The position numbers and the translations under genes are program-made. A model generated the notes under the pieces. That model did not search any database and was not told the DNA's origin. It saw only the letters and a list, made by a program, of their open reading frames with translations. 60,178 bases of DNA from Candidatus Babeliales bacterium. GTDB lineage: Bacteria > Babelota > Babeliae > Babelales > UBA12411. Positions 9,448 to 19,735 of the stretch are shown here, one piece after another (the stretch's first letter is position 1; each line of letters opens with the position of its first letter). Location: the NCBI GenBank assembly GCA_023128415.1, contig JAGMEA010000011.1, forward strand, positions 1 through 60,178, given 5' to 3'.

Positions 9448-10527
9448 TTAAGAGGCTTTAACTGAAAGCCACAAATCTTCTAACTTTGTTCTTGGCAATT
9501 CACTCTGAAAAATACCAATTTTTTGTGATTTTTGTTGAGTTAAAGAAAATAAACTATTTGAATATTCTTCATTTAAACTCTTTTGCACATCAACATTCAC
9601 TGGATGATAACCAAATTTTTTGTTATTTAAAATTCCAATTTCTTCTGAAAGAAGAAAATTTATAAATTTATGTACTAAATCTCTTTTATCGCTAGTTGAA
9701 GGAATTATAAGATTTTCAATTACCATTAAACTGCCTTCACTTGGTATAATAAAATCATAATTTTTAGATTCCTTTCTTAATCGTCTTAAATAAGCACTCG
9801 TAATTACGGATGCAAAAGTAATATCAGATAAAAGAAAATAATCTTGACGATCATTTGTATAACTTTCAACCCACTTTTTTTGTTTTATCAATAGTTCCGT
9901 TATTTTATCCAATCCAGACAAAATGACACCCCTAGGACCAAATAAAAACAATGAAGCCAAATAAAGCGATTCTCTAGGATCATCCAACATAGATACTTTA
10001 TAGTCATAACCCAAATTTTCTGGATCTTTAAAAATCAAATCCCAACTTGCTTCTGATAGTTCACCAAAATATTTTTTATTGTACCCAATACCATAAACAT
10101 CCCAAGATATTGGAATAGAATATTCATTTTTGGGATCAAAATATCGATTTATAATTCTTTTATCTATAAAGGAAAAATTTTGTAATTTGTTATAATCCAA
10201 TTTTTGAATTAGTTCTTTTTTTCGCAGCAAGTCGACAGTATAATCAGAAACAACAAGCAAGTCATAAACTTTTCCCCTAGTAATTCCTAGTTTGGCTAAA
10301 ACCTCATCATTGCCTTGGGAATACGTAACATTAACCTGAATTCCTGTTCTGTCCTTAAATATTTTAACCACTTCTGGTGAAACAATATCTGTAAAATTCA
10401 AAAAATTGAATTCCTGTTTTTTCTCAAAAAATCTAGAAATAAAATTTGGAACATAAAGTAATAAAACAATTAAAAAAAACCAAAAAATAATAATAATACT
10501 TTTTTTCATAATAAAAAATTTATTCAT
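9448..10527 (-). CDS. potD: Spermidine/putrescine ABC transporter substrate-binding protein
   Basis: YDLLVVSDY, FDPKNEYSIP, IPSEGS; operon context. Confidence 0.85.
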   Translation of the reverse strand: MNKFFIMKKSIIIIFWFFLIVLLLYVPNFISRFFEKKQEFNFLNFTDIVSPEVVKIFKDRTGIQVNVTYSQGNDEVLAKLGITRGKVYDLLVVSDYTVDLLRKKELIQKLDYNKLQNFSFIDKRIINRYFDPKNEYSIPISWDVYGIGYNKKYFGELSEASWDLIFKDPENLGYDYKVSMLDDPRESLYLASLFLFGPRGVILSGLDKITELLIKQKKWVESYTNDRQDYFLLSDITFASVITSAYLRRLRKESKNYDFIIPSEGSLMVIENLIIPSTSDKRDLVHKFINFLLSEEIGILNNKKFGYHPVNVDVQKSLNEEYSNSLFSLTQQKSQKIGIFQSELPRTKLEDLWLSVKAS

Positions 10528-11317
10528 GCCCTATGACCCTATCTACAACTTTAAGCAAGGACAATATTATGACAAACAGACTGCTTATAGCTAACATACA
10601 AGTAGACAAGGCATTTATAGTAGGATCTAATCCTTCACGTATTTTTGAAAATACGTAAATAGACAATGTTTGTATTTTTGCACCTGAACAAAAATAAGCT
10701 ATAAAAAAATCATCTAATGACAAAGTAAAAACTAATAAAGATGAAGCCACTATAGACGGTGTAAGCAATGGTAAAATTATTTTCCAAAAAGTCTCTGCTT
10801 GTGTAGCACCTAAATCTGAAGATGCTTCGGTTAAAATCGGATCTATTTCTTTGAATCGACTTCTAACAATTGGAATTACAAATCCTAAACCAATTAAAGT
10901 GTGGCCAGCAATAAGCGTAACATAGCCCAAAGGAACTTGAAAAAATGCAAACAAACTAAGTAATCCAACCGCCAAAATTATATCTGGAAGAATGACATTG
11001 GCATAAAAAATCTTATCTAAAATTGCAGATTTCCACCATTTAGTCGCAAATACAAAAGCCGTTCCCATTGCAATACTTAAAATAGTTGAAACAAATGCAA
11101 CAATGAGGGAAACATTTAAGGCTTTTAAAATTTCTGGATAAATAAAAATATTTTTATACCATTTTAGAGAAAAACCAGCCCATTTAACAGCAAGCAAGGA
11201 AGCACTGCTAAAAGAAAAAAATATTAAAACAAAAACAGGTATATATAAAAATAAATACGCACAAATAACAAAAAGAGGATGTAGGGCTCTAATAAAAATA
11301 TTTTTACTTTCTACCAT
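10520..11317 (-). CDS. potC: Polyamine ABC transporter permease
   Basis: EASSDLGA (EAA loop), FTLSLDDF, PTINALST. Confidence 0.9.
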   Translation of the reverse strand: MVESKNIFIRALHPLFVICAYLFLYIPVFVLIFFSFSSASLLAVKWAGFSLKWYKNIFIYPEILKALNVSLIVAFVSTILSIAMGTAFVFATKWWKSAILDKIFYANVILPDIILAVGLLSLFAFFQVPLGYVTLIAGHTLIGLGFVIPIVRSRFKEIDPILTEASSDLGATQAETFWKIILPLLTPSIVASSLLVFTLSLDDFFIAYFCSGAKIQTLSIYVFSKIREGLDPTINALSTCMLAISSLFVIILSLLKVVDRVIGHE

Positions 11318-11323
11318 ATCTAA

Positions 11324-12199
11324 CTAATCTTTAAAAGTTGAAAAAAGTTTTTTATATAAAAAAGAAAATACATTAAGCATTAATAATGCCAATATAACAA
11401 AAACAATTCCAGACCAGGCTAAGGCAAAGCCAGAAGACCAATCTCGAACTACTAAAAATTTATCAACAATAACATTTCCCCAAAAAACATATTTGGAGCC
11501 TCCTAATAAAGAAGGTATAGCATATTCCCCAAACGCAGGTATAAAAACTAATAAAAAACCAGTATATATGCCTGGAAGTGAAAGAGGAAAAACAATTCTT
11601 CTTAAAGTATTAAAGCGATTCGCACCTAAATCCGCGGAAGCCTCTAAAAGCTTTTTATCCATTTTTGATAATACAGCATATATAGGAAGAATCATAAATG
11701 GCAAAAATACATAAACCATGCCAATCAAAATAGCATAAATAGTATTCAAAATATGCAAGGGTTTAGAAATTACACCTATGTACCTTAAAAGAGGGCTTAA
11801 TAACCCATTCGGATCTAATAAGAAAAACCAAGCATAAATTTGTACAATTAGATTACTCCAAGAGGGAAGAATAATTAATATCAATAAAATCATCTTCCAA
11901 ATTCCACCTTTTAGAGAAATAAAATATGCAATGGGAAAACCAATAAATAAACATAAAACAGATGTCGATAGGGCTAAAAGAAAAGAATTAATAATTATTT
12001 GAAGATAAACAGGCTTTAAAATTCTAAAATAATGTTGTAATGTTATAGAAAATCTAAAACCCTCTTCTGTAGCTGATAAAAAGCTAAAAAAAATCATCAC
12101 CAATAATGGAAGATATAAAAATAAAAATTGCCAAACAATAGTTGGTGACGCTAAAAACAAGGGAAATTCTTCTTTAACTATACGACGAACAATGTTCAT
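11324..12199 (-). CDS. potB: Polyamine ABC transporter permease
   Basis: YVFLPFMILPIY, LLEASADLGA, FIPAFGEY. Confidence 0.9.
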   Translation of the reverse strand: MNIVRRIVKEEFPLFLASPTIVWQFLFLYLPLLVMIFFSFLSATEEGFRFSITLQHYFRILKPVYLQIIINSFLLALSTSVLCLFIGFPIAYFISLKGGIWKMILLILIILPSWSNLIVQIYAWFFLLDPNGLLSPLLRYIGVISKPLHILNTIYAILIGMVYVFLPFMILPIYAVLSKMDKKLLEASADLGANRFNTLRRIVFPLSLPGIYTGFLLVFIPAFGEYAIPSLLGGSKYVFWGNVIVDKFLVVRDWSSGFALAWSGIVFVILALLMLNVFSFLYKKLFSTFKD

Positions 12200-13294
12200 T
12201 TATCGCTCCAACAAAACAACATTCTCTTTTTGAAAATAAAGATTTACTTCATCATCATAATCTATGTATTCGTGGGGAAAGTGTTCTTCATTTTGTTCAA
12301 ATACTGTTAACGTTTTTCTATTAGCAAAACGCACTTTATACTTTGTAGACTGGCCGTGGTAAATAATGTTTTCCACAGTTCCTTTTAAATGATTTGAAAA
12401 ACCTTCCATTTTATTTTTTGTAATCATAATTTTTTCTGGCCTAAGGCTTAAAAAGCATTCAACTCCTGAAACCATCCATGACTTCTTTACTGGAGAAAAA
12501 ATTAAAAAATCACCAAGATTTTGTGATTCGAAAATAAACTGGCCTTCTTCTATTTTCAAAATCCCTTTCAGAATATTTGTAGTGCCTACAAATCCTGCAA
12601 CAAAAGTTGATGCTGGAAACTCATAAATTTCTTTAGGAGTTCCAATCTGTTCGATTTCACCATCAGCATTCATAATAGCCATCCTATCTGCCACCGTTAA
12701 CGCTTCTGATTGGTCATGGGTAACATAAACAAATGTAGTCTTAAATTTTTCTTGAAGATCTATAAGCTCTATAAGCATTTGCTCACGCAAGCGCAAATCT
12801 AATGCTGCTAGCGGCTCATCTAATAATAAAACTTCTGGTTCATTAACAATTGCTCGTGCAAGAGCAACTCGTTGTTGTTGTCCACCAGATAAATTCGTAA
12901 TATTTCTATATTCCCGTCCAGAAAGACGTACTGTTTTTAAGATAGAAAGTACTTTTTTTTCAATTTCTTTTTCAGTTAAATTTCTAAGCCTTAATCCATA
13001 AGCAACATTTTCAAAAACTGTAAGATGTGGAAAAAGCGCATATTGCTGAAAAATCGTATTGATAGTGCGCTTATAAATTGGAGTATTAGTTATATCTCTA
13101 TCATCACCTAAAAAAATTCGACCCTTATCAACGCTTTCCAAGCCAGCAATTAATCTTAGCAAGGTTGTTTTTCCACATCCACTAGGGCCAAGAAGAGCAA
13201 AAAACTTACCTGAAGGAATTTCCAGATTAAGTTTATCAATTACAACTTCACCATGAAAAAGCTTGCTTACACTTTCAAGTCGAATACTTCTCAT
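12200..13294 (-). CDS. potA: Polyamine ABC transporter ATP-binding protein
   Basis: GPSGCGKT, LSGGQQQRVALARA, LLLDEPL, C-terminal TOBE-like region. Confidence 0.92.
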   Translation of the reverse strand: MRSIRLESVSKLFHGEVVIDKLNLEIPSGKFFALLGPSGCGKTTLLRLIAGLESVDKGRIFLGDDRDITNTPIYKRTINTIFQQYALFPHLTVFENVAYGLRLRNLTEKEIEKKVLSILKTVRLSGREYRNITNLSGGQQQRVALARAIVNEPEVLLLDEPLAALDLRLREQMLIELIDLQEKFKTTFVYVTHDQSEALTVADRMAIMNADGEIEQIGTPKEIYEFPASTFVAGFVGTTNILKGILKIEEGQFIFESQNLGDFLIFSPVKKSWMVSGVECFLSLRPEKIMITKNKMEGFSNHLKGTVENIIYHGQSTKYKVRFANRKTLTVFEQNEEHFPHEYIDYDDEVNLYFQKENVVLLER

Positions 13295-13305
13295 TTCTTC
13301 CCTTG

Positions 13306-13980
13306 TTATCGACGCTTCATTTTAAATTTTGCAAAAGATATTGGCACAACAATATCGGCTAAAGAGCATGGTACTAAAACTGCAATAATTAAATAAACGA
13401 AAATAAAACCTATCTGGTTATACCATTGATCAAAACCAAATCCATAAAAGTACAAAATAGAAGCCATAGCACTTATAAAAATATGAAAAAAGTGTGATCC
13501 GGCGGAATAAAATAAGCTTTTACCTTCTGCATGACGTCCTATAACAAAACCATTTAGTACTCCAAATGTTAAAAATGGTAATACCGAACCAAGATGATGT
13601 ATAAAACACCAGTGAAAATGCATATCCAAACCCAAATATAAACCACCAATAAACGGCATTATTGAATCGGACAAAGTACAAAATATAGCGGGCACAAGAA
13701 ATCCTGACAAAAGAGCCATTGGGACATTGTTAGAATATTTTCTAAAAATTAAGACTACTCCTGTTCCCGAAAATAACAAATGTAAATAATGAAACACATG
13801 GAACAGTTTTTTTGCAGCATCAACCTCTAAGGTTCTATAGGTAAGCAAACTTAAAGCTATAATACTTAAAGCCACCGAAAGAATAGCAAACGGTATGTGC
13901 GAAATTATTTCTTCTTTAAGAGATTCATGATGACAATCATGCTTATGTAAAGACGAATTATGGATATGCTCTTTTTTCAC
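13306..13980 (-). CDS. His-rich multi-pass membrane protein, hypothetical
   Basis: About 6 TM segments, His-rich N-terminus, FHYLH and HFFH motifs within TMs. Confidence 0.75.
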   Translation of the reverse strand: MKKEHIHNSSLHKHDCHHESLKEEIISHIPFAILSVALSIIALSLLTYRTLEVDAAKKLFHVFHYLHLLFSGTGVVLIFRKYSNNVPMALLSGFLVPAIFCTLSDSIMPFIGGLYLGLDMHFHWCFIHHLGSVLPFLTFGVLNGFVIGRHAEGKSLFYSAGSHFFHIFISAMASILYFYGFGFDQWYNQIGFIFVYLIIAVLVPCSLADIVVPISFAKFKMKRR

Positions 13981-14131
13981 ATACTTCCCAGCTGCTATTT
14001 ATATGATAAAACTAAAGTCCCCACCAATAATATTTCAATATAAATTATTAGTGTTTTAAGTCAAAGGAAAAGCTCTAAAAGGCCTATTAATCTTTACTAT
14101 AATACCATTCTTGGTATTATTTTAAATTATT

Positions 14132-14206
14132 GACCCTATCGTCTAGCGGTTAGGACACTACGTTCTCAGCGTAGGAACCGGGGTTCGATCCCCCGTAGGG
14201 TCGCCA
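14132..14206 (+). tRNA. tRNA-Glu (anticodon CTC)
   Basis: GACCCTA/TAGGGTC acceptor stem, CTACG-TTCTCAG-CGTAG anticodon arm, GGTTCGATCC T-arm, encoded CCA. Confidence 0.96.
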
Positions 14207-14220
14207 AATTTGTTTATAAA

Positions 14221-14432
14221 ATAGCTGTAGCCATCCGCTTTTTGAATCAACTTACAGTATCTATAATTAATCCAATCCAAACGTTGATTTTGAAGAGTAA
14301 ATAAGGCAAAGCTCCTCGAGATCTAATAGCAATTCTGCCTATGTGAGCACCTTTCCATTTCCCAATAGGAACCGACGCTTTAACGAAATCGCCTGTTTTA
14401 AACCCTTTAAAAAAAATTTTGCTCTTAAACAA
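14221..14432 (-). pseudogene. iscB: IscB (RRXRR/HNH IS200/IS605 nuclease) C-terminal remnant
   Basis: KGFKTGDFVKASVPIGKWKGAHIGRIAIRSRG, frameshift near 14312, then FALFTLQNQRLDWINYRYCKLIQKADGYSY; matches the IscB C-terminal pattern GFxTGDxVxA...GRxAxR...LxQxADGYxY. Confidence 0.8.
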
Positions 14433-14450
14433 TCTTCCGAATCTTTTCCT

Positions 14451-14648
14451 TCAGCATTTTATGCATTTTCTGAATTCTTCTTTCCTTTGATATAAGGATA
14501 CATTTCTTACATTCTCACCCCGAGGAGGATTACCTGGACTCCAAAAAATTAACATCGGTCTCTTTGCTTCCAGAAAAAGCATTTGTGGAATTGGAAAAAA
14601 TTTAGAAATCAAAACAAAACTGAAAATAATAAATAATAACCTTTCCAT
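14451..14648 (-). CDS. Small hypothetical protein or gene fragment with hydrophobic N-terminus
   Basis: 65-aa ORF directly after the NifU-domain gene; possibly truncated by the IscB remnant. Confidence 0.3.
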   Translation of the reverse strand: MERLLFIIFSFVLISKFFPIPQMLFLEAKRPMLIFWSPGNPPRGENVRNVSLYQRKEEFRKCIKC

Positions 14649-14668
14649 AACCTATAAGCTCATTACTA

Positions 14669-14908
14669 TTAAAAACCAACTTCTATTATTTCTTTAACTT
14701 GAGGAACTTCCCTTTTTAAAGACTCTTCAATTAAAAATTTTAATGTCTGACTTGAAGCGGGACAACCATGGCAAGCACCCTGGAGCTTAACAAAGACTTT
14801 TTCATCTTCATATTTTATAAAATTAATATTTCCACCATGCATCAAAAGATAATGTCTGACCTGATCTAATGCCTGCTCAATTTGATTTATAATCTCTTTA
14901 TTATCCAT
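14669..14908 (-). CDS. NifU C-terminal domain (Nfu) Fe-S carrier
   Basis: VRHYLLMHGG, LQGACHGCPASSQTLK. Confidence 0.92.
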   Translation of the reverse strand: MDNKEIINQIEQALDQVRHYLLMHGGNINFIKYEDEKVFVKLQGACHGCPASSQTLKFLIEESLKREVPQVKEIIEVGF

Positions 14909-14920
14909 TATTACACCTAT

Positions 14921-14945
14921 AAAAAAAGGCGGGAAATCCCGCCTT
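14921..14945 (-). terminator. Intrinsic terminator of the ribosomal cluster
   Basis: AAGGCGGG-ATTT-CCCGCCTT followed by a T run, just after rplQ. Confidence 0.85.
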
Positions 14946-14968
14946 AAATTTATTTTCTCAAAATGATT

Positions 14969-15325
14969 TTACACCCACTCTAATCTAGCAATTGGTGCAG
15001 TGTCACTACCCCTTCGTCCCAAAGGAATAACCCTCGTATATCCTCCAGGTCTTTCCTTGTACTTTGGAGCTATTTCTTCAAACATCTTTCTTACTGCTTT
15101 TTCATCGTAAGGAAGAATTTGGTTTACTCTTCGAATAGTATTAAAATCACTTCCCTTGCGAGCAAGAGTCACAACTTTTTCTACAGCACTTTGAACTTCT
15201 TTAATTCTAGGCTTAGTTGTTTGAAGACAACCAAATTTTATAAAATGAATTACCTGATTTCTTACCAAAGCTCTTCTGTGAGGAGGTTTTTTATTTAACT
15301 TCCTTTTACCCGATTGATGGATCAT
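14969..15325 (-). CDS. rplQ: 50S ribosomal protein L17
   Basis: HRRALVRN, RPGGYTRV. Confidence 0.96.
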   Translation of the reverse strand: MIHQSGKRKLNKKPPHRRALVRNQVIHFIKFGCLQTTKPRIKEVQSAVEKVVTLARKGSDFNTIRRVNQILPYDEKAVRKMFEEIAPKYKERPGGYTRVIPLGRRGSDTAPIARLEWV

Positions 15326-16395
15326 AATGAATCCTTTTTCTTTCTCTTCTCTTGATCCTGAATCATCTTTTTAAGATCTAATTCTTTAATATTCATACCC
15401 AAGTGAAGTCCAAATGCTTTTAAAATTTCCTTAACTTCACGTAATGATTTTCTTCCAAAATTCTTTATTTTGAGAATTTCTTCATCTGTTAAATTAACTA
15501 AATCTATGACTCTTTTAATTCCTGCACTTACCAAACAGTTATGTGCACGGACAGAAAACTCAAGTTCATCTATAGGCTTCAAGAATAATTCAACAGGGAG
15601 CCCTCTTGTTGGTCCATCAATATCCATTTCAGGAGCACCTTCTAAAGTTTCAGAAGAAACCTTTGATATCTCATTAAATGGGATTTCTGGCGCCAATAAA
15701 AAGTGCTCTAATTGAGTACGCATAACAGATGTTGCATAATAAATAGCATCTTGCGGAACAACAGATCCATCAGTCTCTATACCCAATATTAACTTGTCAT
15801 AGTTAATTGCTTGCCCAACACGAGTCTTTTCAATAGAGTACTCAACTCTTCTAATTGGAGAAAAAGAAGCATCTAAAAAGACTCTATCATCTTCTTGAAG
15901 CTTTTCACCTAAAGGCCACTTAGCTGTTCGATATCCTCGACCAGTTTCTACAAAAAACTGTATATCTAATTCACCATCGCTAGCCAAACGAGCAATAACA
16001 TGATCTTTATTAATTAATTCTAGATGATCATCAGCTTTAATATCAGAAACTCTAGCAACACCTTCACCTTTTACAGAAAGATGTAATTTTCCCGGCATGC
16101 CAGTTTTATTTTTAATTATTATACCTTTGATATTTAAAAGGACATGTAAAATATCCTCTATTACCCCAGGAAGAGTAGAAAATTCATTATTTACACCATT
16201 AATAATAACTGATGTAACAGCAGACCCTTCAACGGCTGAAAGCAAAATTCTTCTTAGAGAGTTGCCCAAAGTTATACCAAACCCTGGTTCTAATGGACTG
16301 ACTACTAGCTCACCATAATTAGCTGATGATTTAGAAGTATCCCACTCTAACTTAGGAAGAGTAAGTGCTTTATATTCTTTTGCTTGCTTTTGCAT
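15322..16395 (-). CDS. rpoA: RNA polymerase alpha subunit
   Basis: PLEPGFGITLGNSLRRILLS, SVRAHNCL, NFGRKSL. Confidence 0.98.
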   Translation of the reverse strand: MQKQAKEYKALTLPKLEWDTSKSSANYGELVVSPLEPGFGITLGNSLRRILLSAVEGSAVTSVIINGVNNEFSTLPGVIEDILHVLLNIKGIIIKNKTGMPGKLHLSVKGEGVARVSDIKADDHLELINKDHVIARLASDGELDIQFFVETGRGYRTAKWPLGEKLQEDDRVFLDASFSPIRRVEYSIEKTRVGQAINYDKLILGIETDGSVVPQDAIYYATSVMRTQLEHFLLAPEIPFNEISKVSSETLEGAPEMDIDGPTRGLPVELFLKPIDELEFSVRAHNCLVSAGIKRVIDLVNLTDEEILKIKNFGRKSLREVKEILKAFGLHLGMNIKELDLKKMIQDQEKRKKKDSL

Positions 16396-16443
16396 TCATA
16401 TCCCCCACGTTACCGTACGGTTAACCTAAATAAACCCAATATA

Positions 16444-17067
16444 CTACTTAGAATATAACTCAACGATAAGATGCTCTTCTACAGGAACCTTGACATCCAT
16501 TCTCTCAGGTTCTTTAAGAACAATACCTTTACGTTCAGCCTTATTAAGCTCTAACCACTCAGGAACCTTGATTCCTATGCTCATTCTTTTATCTACAACA
16601 TTCTTTATAAAGGCTTCTTTAGAAAGAGCTCTTTTTGATAGCGTTATTTCATCACCAACAACTACGATATAAGATGATGATTTCACACGCTTTCCATTAA
16701 CAAAAACTAGCCCGTGAGCAACCATTTGGCGAGCTTGTGGTCTAGAAGTTGCCATTTTTAATCTAAAAACCGTATTATCCAGCCTTCTCTCCAGTAAACT
16801 CATTAGAATCTCACCGGTAACACCTTTTTGTTGAGATGCTATAGCAAAAAAGCGTCGGAATTGCTTTTCATCAACTCCGTATAAAAACTTAACCTTTTGC
16901 TTTTCTCGAAGCTGTTTTCCATATTCTGTTAATTTTTTAGTGCCAATCTTTTTTCCAAACTGTCCTGGATAGGTAGAACGTTTTTCAACTGCACAACGTC
17001 CAACTTTTGAACAAAGCTTTTCTCCAATTTGACGACACTTTCTGCAACCACTAATAGTTCTTGCCAT
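16444..17067 (-). CDS. rpsD: 30S ribosomal protein S4
   Basis: YGKQLREKQK, LERRLDNTVFR, IVELYSK. Confidence 0.97.
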   Translation of the reverse strand: MARTISGCRKCRQIGEKLCSKVGRCAVEKRSTYPGQFGKKIGTKKLTEYGKQLREKQKVKFLYGVDEKQFRRFFAIASQQKGVTGEILMSLLERRLDNTVFRLKMATSRPQARQMVAHGLVFVNGKRVKSSSYIVVVGDEITLSKRALSKEAFIKNVVDKRMSIGIKVPEWLELNKAERKGIVLKEPERMDVKVPVEEHLIVELYSK

Positions 17068-17069
17068 TC

Positions 17070-17456
17070 TTAAACCCTACGTTTCTTTGGTGGACGACAA
17101 CCATTATGAGGAAGGGGAGTAACATCCCGCAACATTGTAACAGTTAGTCCAGATGATTGAAGAGCTCTAACAACCGAATCTCTTCCAGAACCCGGCCCTT
17201 CAAGGTTAACTTCGATATTGCGAACTCCGAGATCAGTAAGCTCCTTAGCCAACTTACCAGCAATCTGAGTTGCTGCATAAGGAGTCCCTTTGCGAGATCC
17301 CTTAAAACCTAACTGGCCTGCGCTTCCACGCATAATAATATCTCCAGAAGGCGTTGATATAGAAACCAACGTATTATTAAAAGTCGACTTAACATGAGCT
17401 AAAACAAGCTCTAGGTTCTTAAATTGTTTTTTCTTACTTTTTTTCTTATATGCCAT
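17070..17456 (-). CDS. rpsK: 30S ribosomal protein S11
   Basis: STFNNT, GPGSGR, DVTPLPHNGCRPPKKRRV. Confidence 0.98.
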   Translation of the reverse strand: MAYKKKSKKKQFKNLELVLAHVKSTFNNTLVSISTPSGDIIMRGSAGQLGFKGSRKGTPYAATQIAGKLAKELTDLGVRNIEVNLEGPGSGRDSVVRALQSSGLTVTMLRDVTPLPHNGCRPPKKRRV

Positions 17457-17483
17457 AATATTCAGCCATCACCTTAAATTTAG

Positions 17484-17873
17484 TTATTTCTTTCCAGGTG
17501 CTTTTTTCTTAGCAACGATACCACTAACCTTTTTAGGCCCCTTGCGAGTTCTAGCATTAGTTTTGGTCCTCTGGCCTCTTACAGGTAACGATTTTCTATG
17601 TCTAGATCCCCTGTAAGCCCCTATATCCGCAAGTCTTTTAATATTCATGGTAATTTCTTTCTTCAAATCACCACCAATTAAATAATCTTGAGATATAAGC
17701 TTTTGTATAGAAGCTATCTCAGCTCCTGTCAAATCTTTAACGCGAGTATCAGGGCTAACTTTCACTTCCTTCAAAATATCCTTAGACGTCTTAAGACCTA
17801 TACCATAGATATAAGTAAGACCGTACTCAACCCTCTTTTCCTTAGGAAGAAACACTCCAGATATACGAGCCAT
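17484..17873 (-). CDS. rpsM: 30S ribosomal protein S13
   Basis: [24 protein letters not shown]. Confidence 0.98.
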   Translation of the reverse strand: MARISGVFLPKEKRVEYGLTYIYGIGLKTSKDILKEVKVSPDTRVKDLTGAEIASIQKLISQDYLIGGDLKKEITMNIKRLADIGAYRGSRHRKSLPVRGQRTKTNARTRKGPKKVSGIVAKKKAPGKK

Positions 17874-17924
17874 TAAAATCTCCCCGTAATAATTAAAGCC
17901 ATCTTTGCCTCTCTTTTACCTTAA

Positions 17925-18041
17925 CTAACCTTGACGCTGTTTATGTCGAGGATTTTTAACACAAATAATCCTAACAACACCATTGCGCTTAATCACTCTA
18001 CACTCAGCGCACATTTTTTTTACTGATGACCGAACTTTCAT
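17925..18041 (-). CDS. rpmJ: 50S ribosomal protein L36 (Zn-binding; not in ORF track)
   Basis: Manual translation [38 protein letters not shown]. Confidence 0.97.
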   Translation of the reverse strand: MKVRSSVKKMCAECRVIKRNGVVRIICVKNPRHKQRQG

Positions 18042-18052
18042 ATCTTTGTAAC

Positions 18053-18274
18053 CTATTTGCAACGAGAAACTATTCTTCCTCTACTAAGATCATAAGTGGA
18101 GAGTTCAACAATAACACGATCCCCCACAACGAGCTTTATGTAGTACATACGCATTTTACCAGAAATATGGGCTAATACCAAATGTCCATTCTCTAAACGA
18201 ACCTTAAATTTAGTATTAGGTAAAGTTTCTTCTACTATACCCTCTACCCTAATTACATCATCTTTTTTAGCCAT
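18053..18274 (-). CDS. infA: Translation initiation factor IF-1 (start revised to 18274)
   Basis: [12 protein letters not shown]...[16 protein letters not shown]. Confidence 0.97.
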   Translation of the reverse strand: MAKKDDVIRVEGIVEETLPNTKFKVRLENGHLVLAHISGKMRMYYIKLVVGDRVIVELSTYDLSRGRIVSRCK

Positions 18275-18287
18275 TTTTAGCCAACCT

Positions 18288-19046
18288 TTAATCACCTAAG
18301 CGAGTAAGAACCTCTGGGCCTTCCTCTGTAACCAAAACTGTGTCCTCAATGTGACCAGCTAATCCTCCATCTTTAGTCCTGGCCGTCCAACCATCACTAT
18401 CAATATAAACAGCAGCATCCTTTTCAGTAATCATAGGTTCTATAGCTAAAGTCATACCAATTTGAAGTATTGGACCTTTATTTTCTGTTCTAAAATTAGG
18501 AATTTCAGGAGCTTCATGTATATATTTACCAACACCATGCCCAGCAAAATCCCTAACTACTCCAAAACCTTCGGTTTCTACCTCTTTCTCTACCGCCGTA
18601 GAGATATCCCTTACTCTATTTCCAACCCTCGCTTGATCTATTGCTTTATTCAAAGCATTTTCAGCAACTTGCATTAATTTCTCAGCTGTCTTCGATGGCT
18701 TTCCAACAAAGAAATAACGTGCCATATCGACACAATAACTTTTATAAGAAGCAACAACATCAATTTTAACTAAGTCACCATCTTTCAAAATAACTTTATT
18801 TGACGGCACTCCATGGACCAACACATCATTAATAGAAACACATGTAGCATATTGATAGCCTTTATAACCTTTACATTCAGGTTTAAGGCTAACTTCTCTC
18901 ATTTTAGCTTCAATAAAATTATCAATTGCCAAAGACGAGACTCCCTCTTTAATAATCTGAGGAACCTCTCTTACAATAATATGAGACAGCAATTTACCCG
19001 CTGTTCTCATTTTATTTATGGCTCTTTTATCTTTTATGTATACCAT
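18288..19046 (-). CDS. map: Methionine aminopeptidase type I
   Basis: [30 protein letters not shown]. Confidence 0.96.
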   Translation of the reverse strand: MVYIKDKRAINKMRTAGKLLSHIIVREVPQIIKEGVSSLAIDNFIEAKMREVSLKPECKGYKGYQYATCVSINDVLVHGVPSNKVILKDGDLVKIDVVASYKSYCVDMARYFFVGKPSKTAEKLMQVAENALNKAIDQARVGNRVRDISTAVEKEVETEGFGVVRDFAGHGVGKYIHEAPEIPNFRTENKGPILQIGMTLAIEPMITEKDAAVYIDSDGWTARTKDGGLAGHIEDTVLVTEEGPEVLTRLGD

Positions 19047-19047
19047 G

Positions 19048-19728
19048 CTATCTATTTATCAACCTCTTAAAATCCTCTAAGACCTCTGCTCTACTCTTTT
19101 TTCCAACCTTTAAAACTTCAACTGATTGATTAACAAAATCATAAAAAGCCAACGTTTCATCTTTTTGCTGGTTATAGCACCTAAGTCGCTCAATAATAAC
19201 TTCGGCTCTATCATCTTTTCTGGAAACCAACGGATAACCACATATATCGCACTTATCCCCTTCTTTGGATCCAGAATTTTTAGAATAAACGACTTGGCAA
19301 TCTTTATTAGAACAAACTAACCTGCTTGTTAGTCTCTCTATAAGCTCATCTTGAGAAATTTCAAATAAAATTATTCGTAAATCGAAATCATAAGACTCTT
19401 GATCACAAAGTTCCTTAAAAAGCCTAATTTGACTAGCCGTCCTAGGATAACCGTCCAAAATAATTGGCTTTTTAATAGAAAGAACAGAATCTAACCACCC
19501 TTTAACCATTTTAGTAATGAGTTTATCTGGAATCAAGTGGCCTGCGTTAATATCAACCTCTATTTGCTTTCCGAGTTCGGTTTTTTCAAATATATGTTTT
19601 CTACAGAGATTTCCAGTGGAAAGTATTTCAAATCCAAATTCAGCCTTACATTCTCTAGCAACCGTACCCTTACCTGAACCAGGAGGCCCCAAAAATGAAA
19701 AAACCGTGTTGCTTAAATCACGCTGCAT
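19048..19728 (-). CDS. adk: Adenylate kinase
   Basis: GPPGSGKGT, LDGYPRT, Cys-containing LID, RKDD. Confidence 0.95.
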   Translation of the reverse strand: MQRDLSNTVFSFLGPPGSGKGTVARECKAEFGFEILSTGNLCRKHIFEKTELGKQIEVDINAGHLIPDKLITKMVKGWLDSVLSIKKPIILDGYPRTASQIRLFKELCDQESYDFDLRIILFEISQDELIERLTSRLVCSNKDCQVVYSKNSGSKEGDKCDICGYPLVSRKDDRAEVIIERLRCYNQQKDETLAFYDFVNQSVEVLKVGKKSRAEVLEDFKRLINR

Positions 19729-19735
19729 TTTTTTA

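Noticed and set aside
14451-14465. C-terminal CIKC as a second prenylation motif
   Set aside because: Lys at the a2 position fits CaaX poorly and the ORF itself is doubtful
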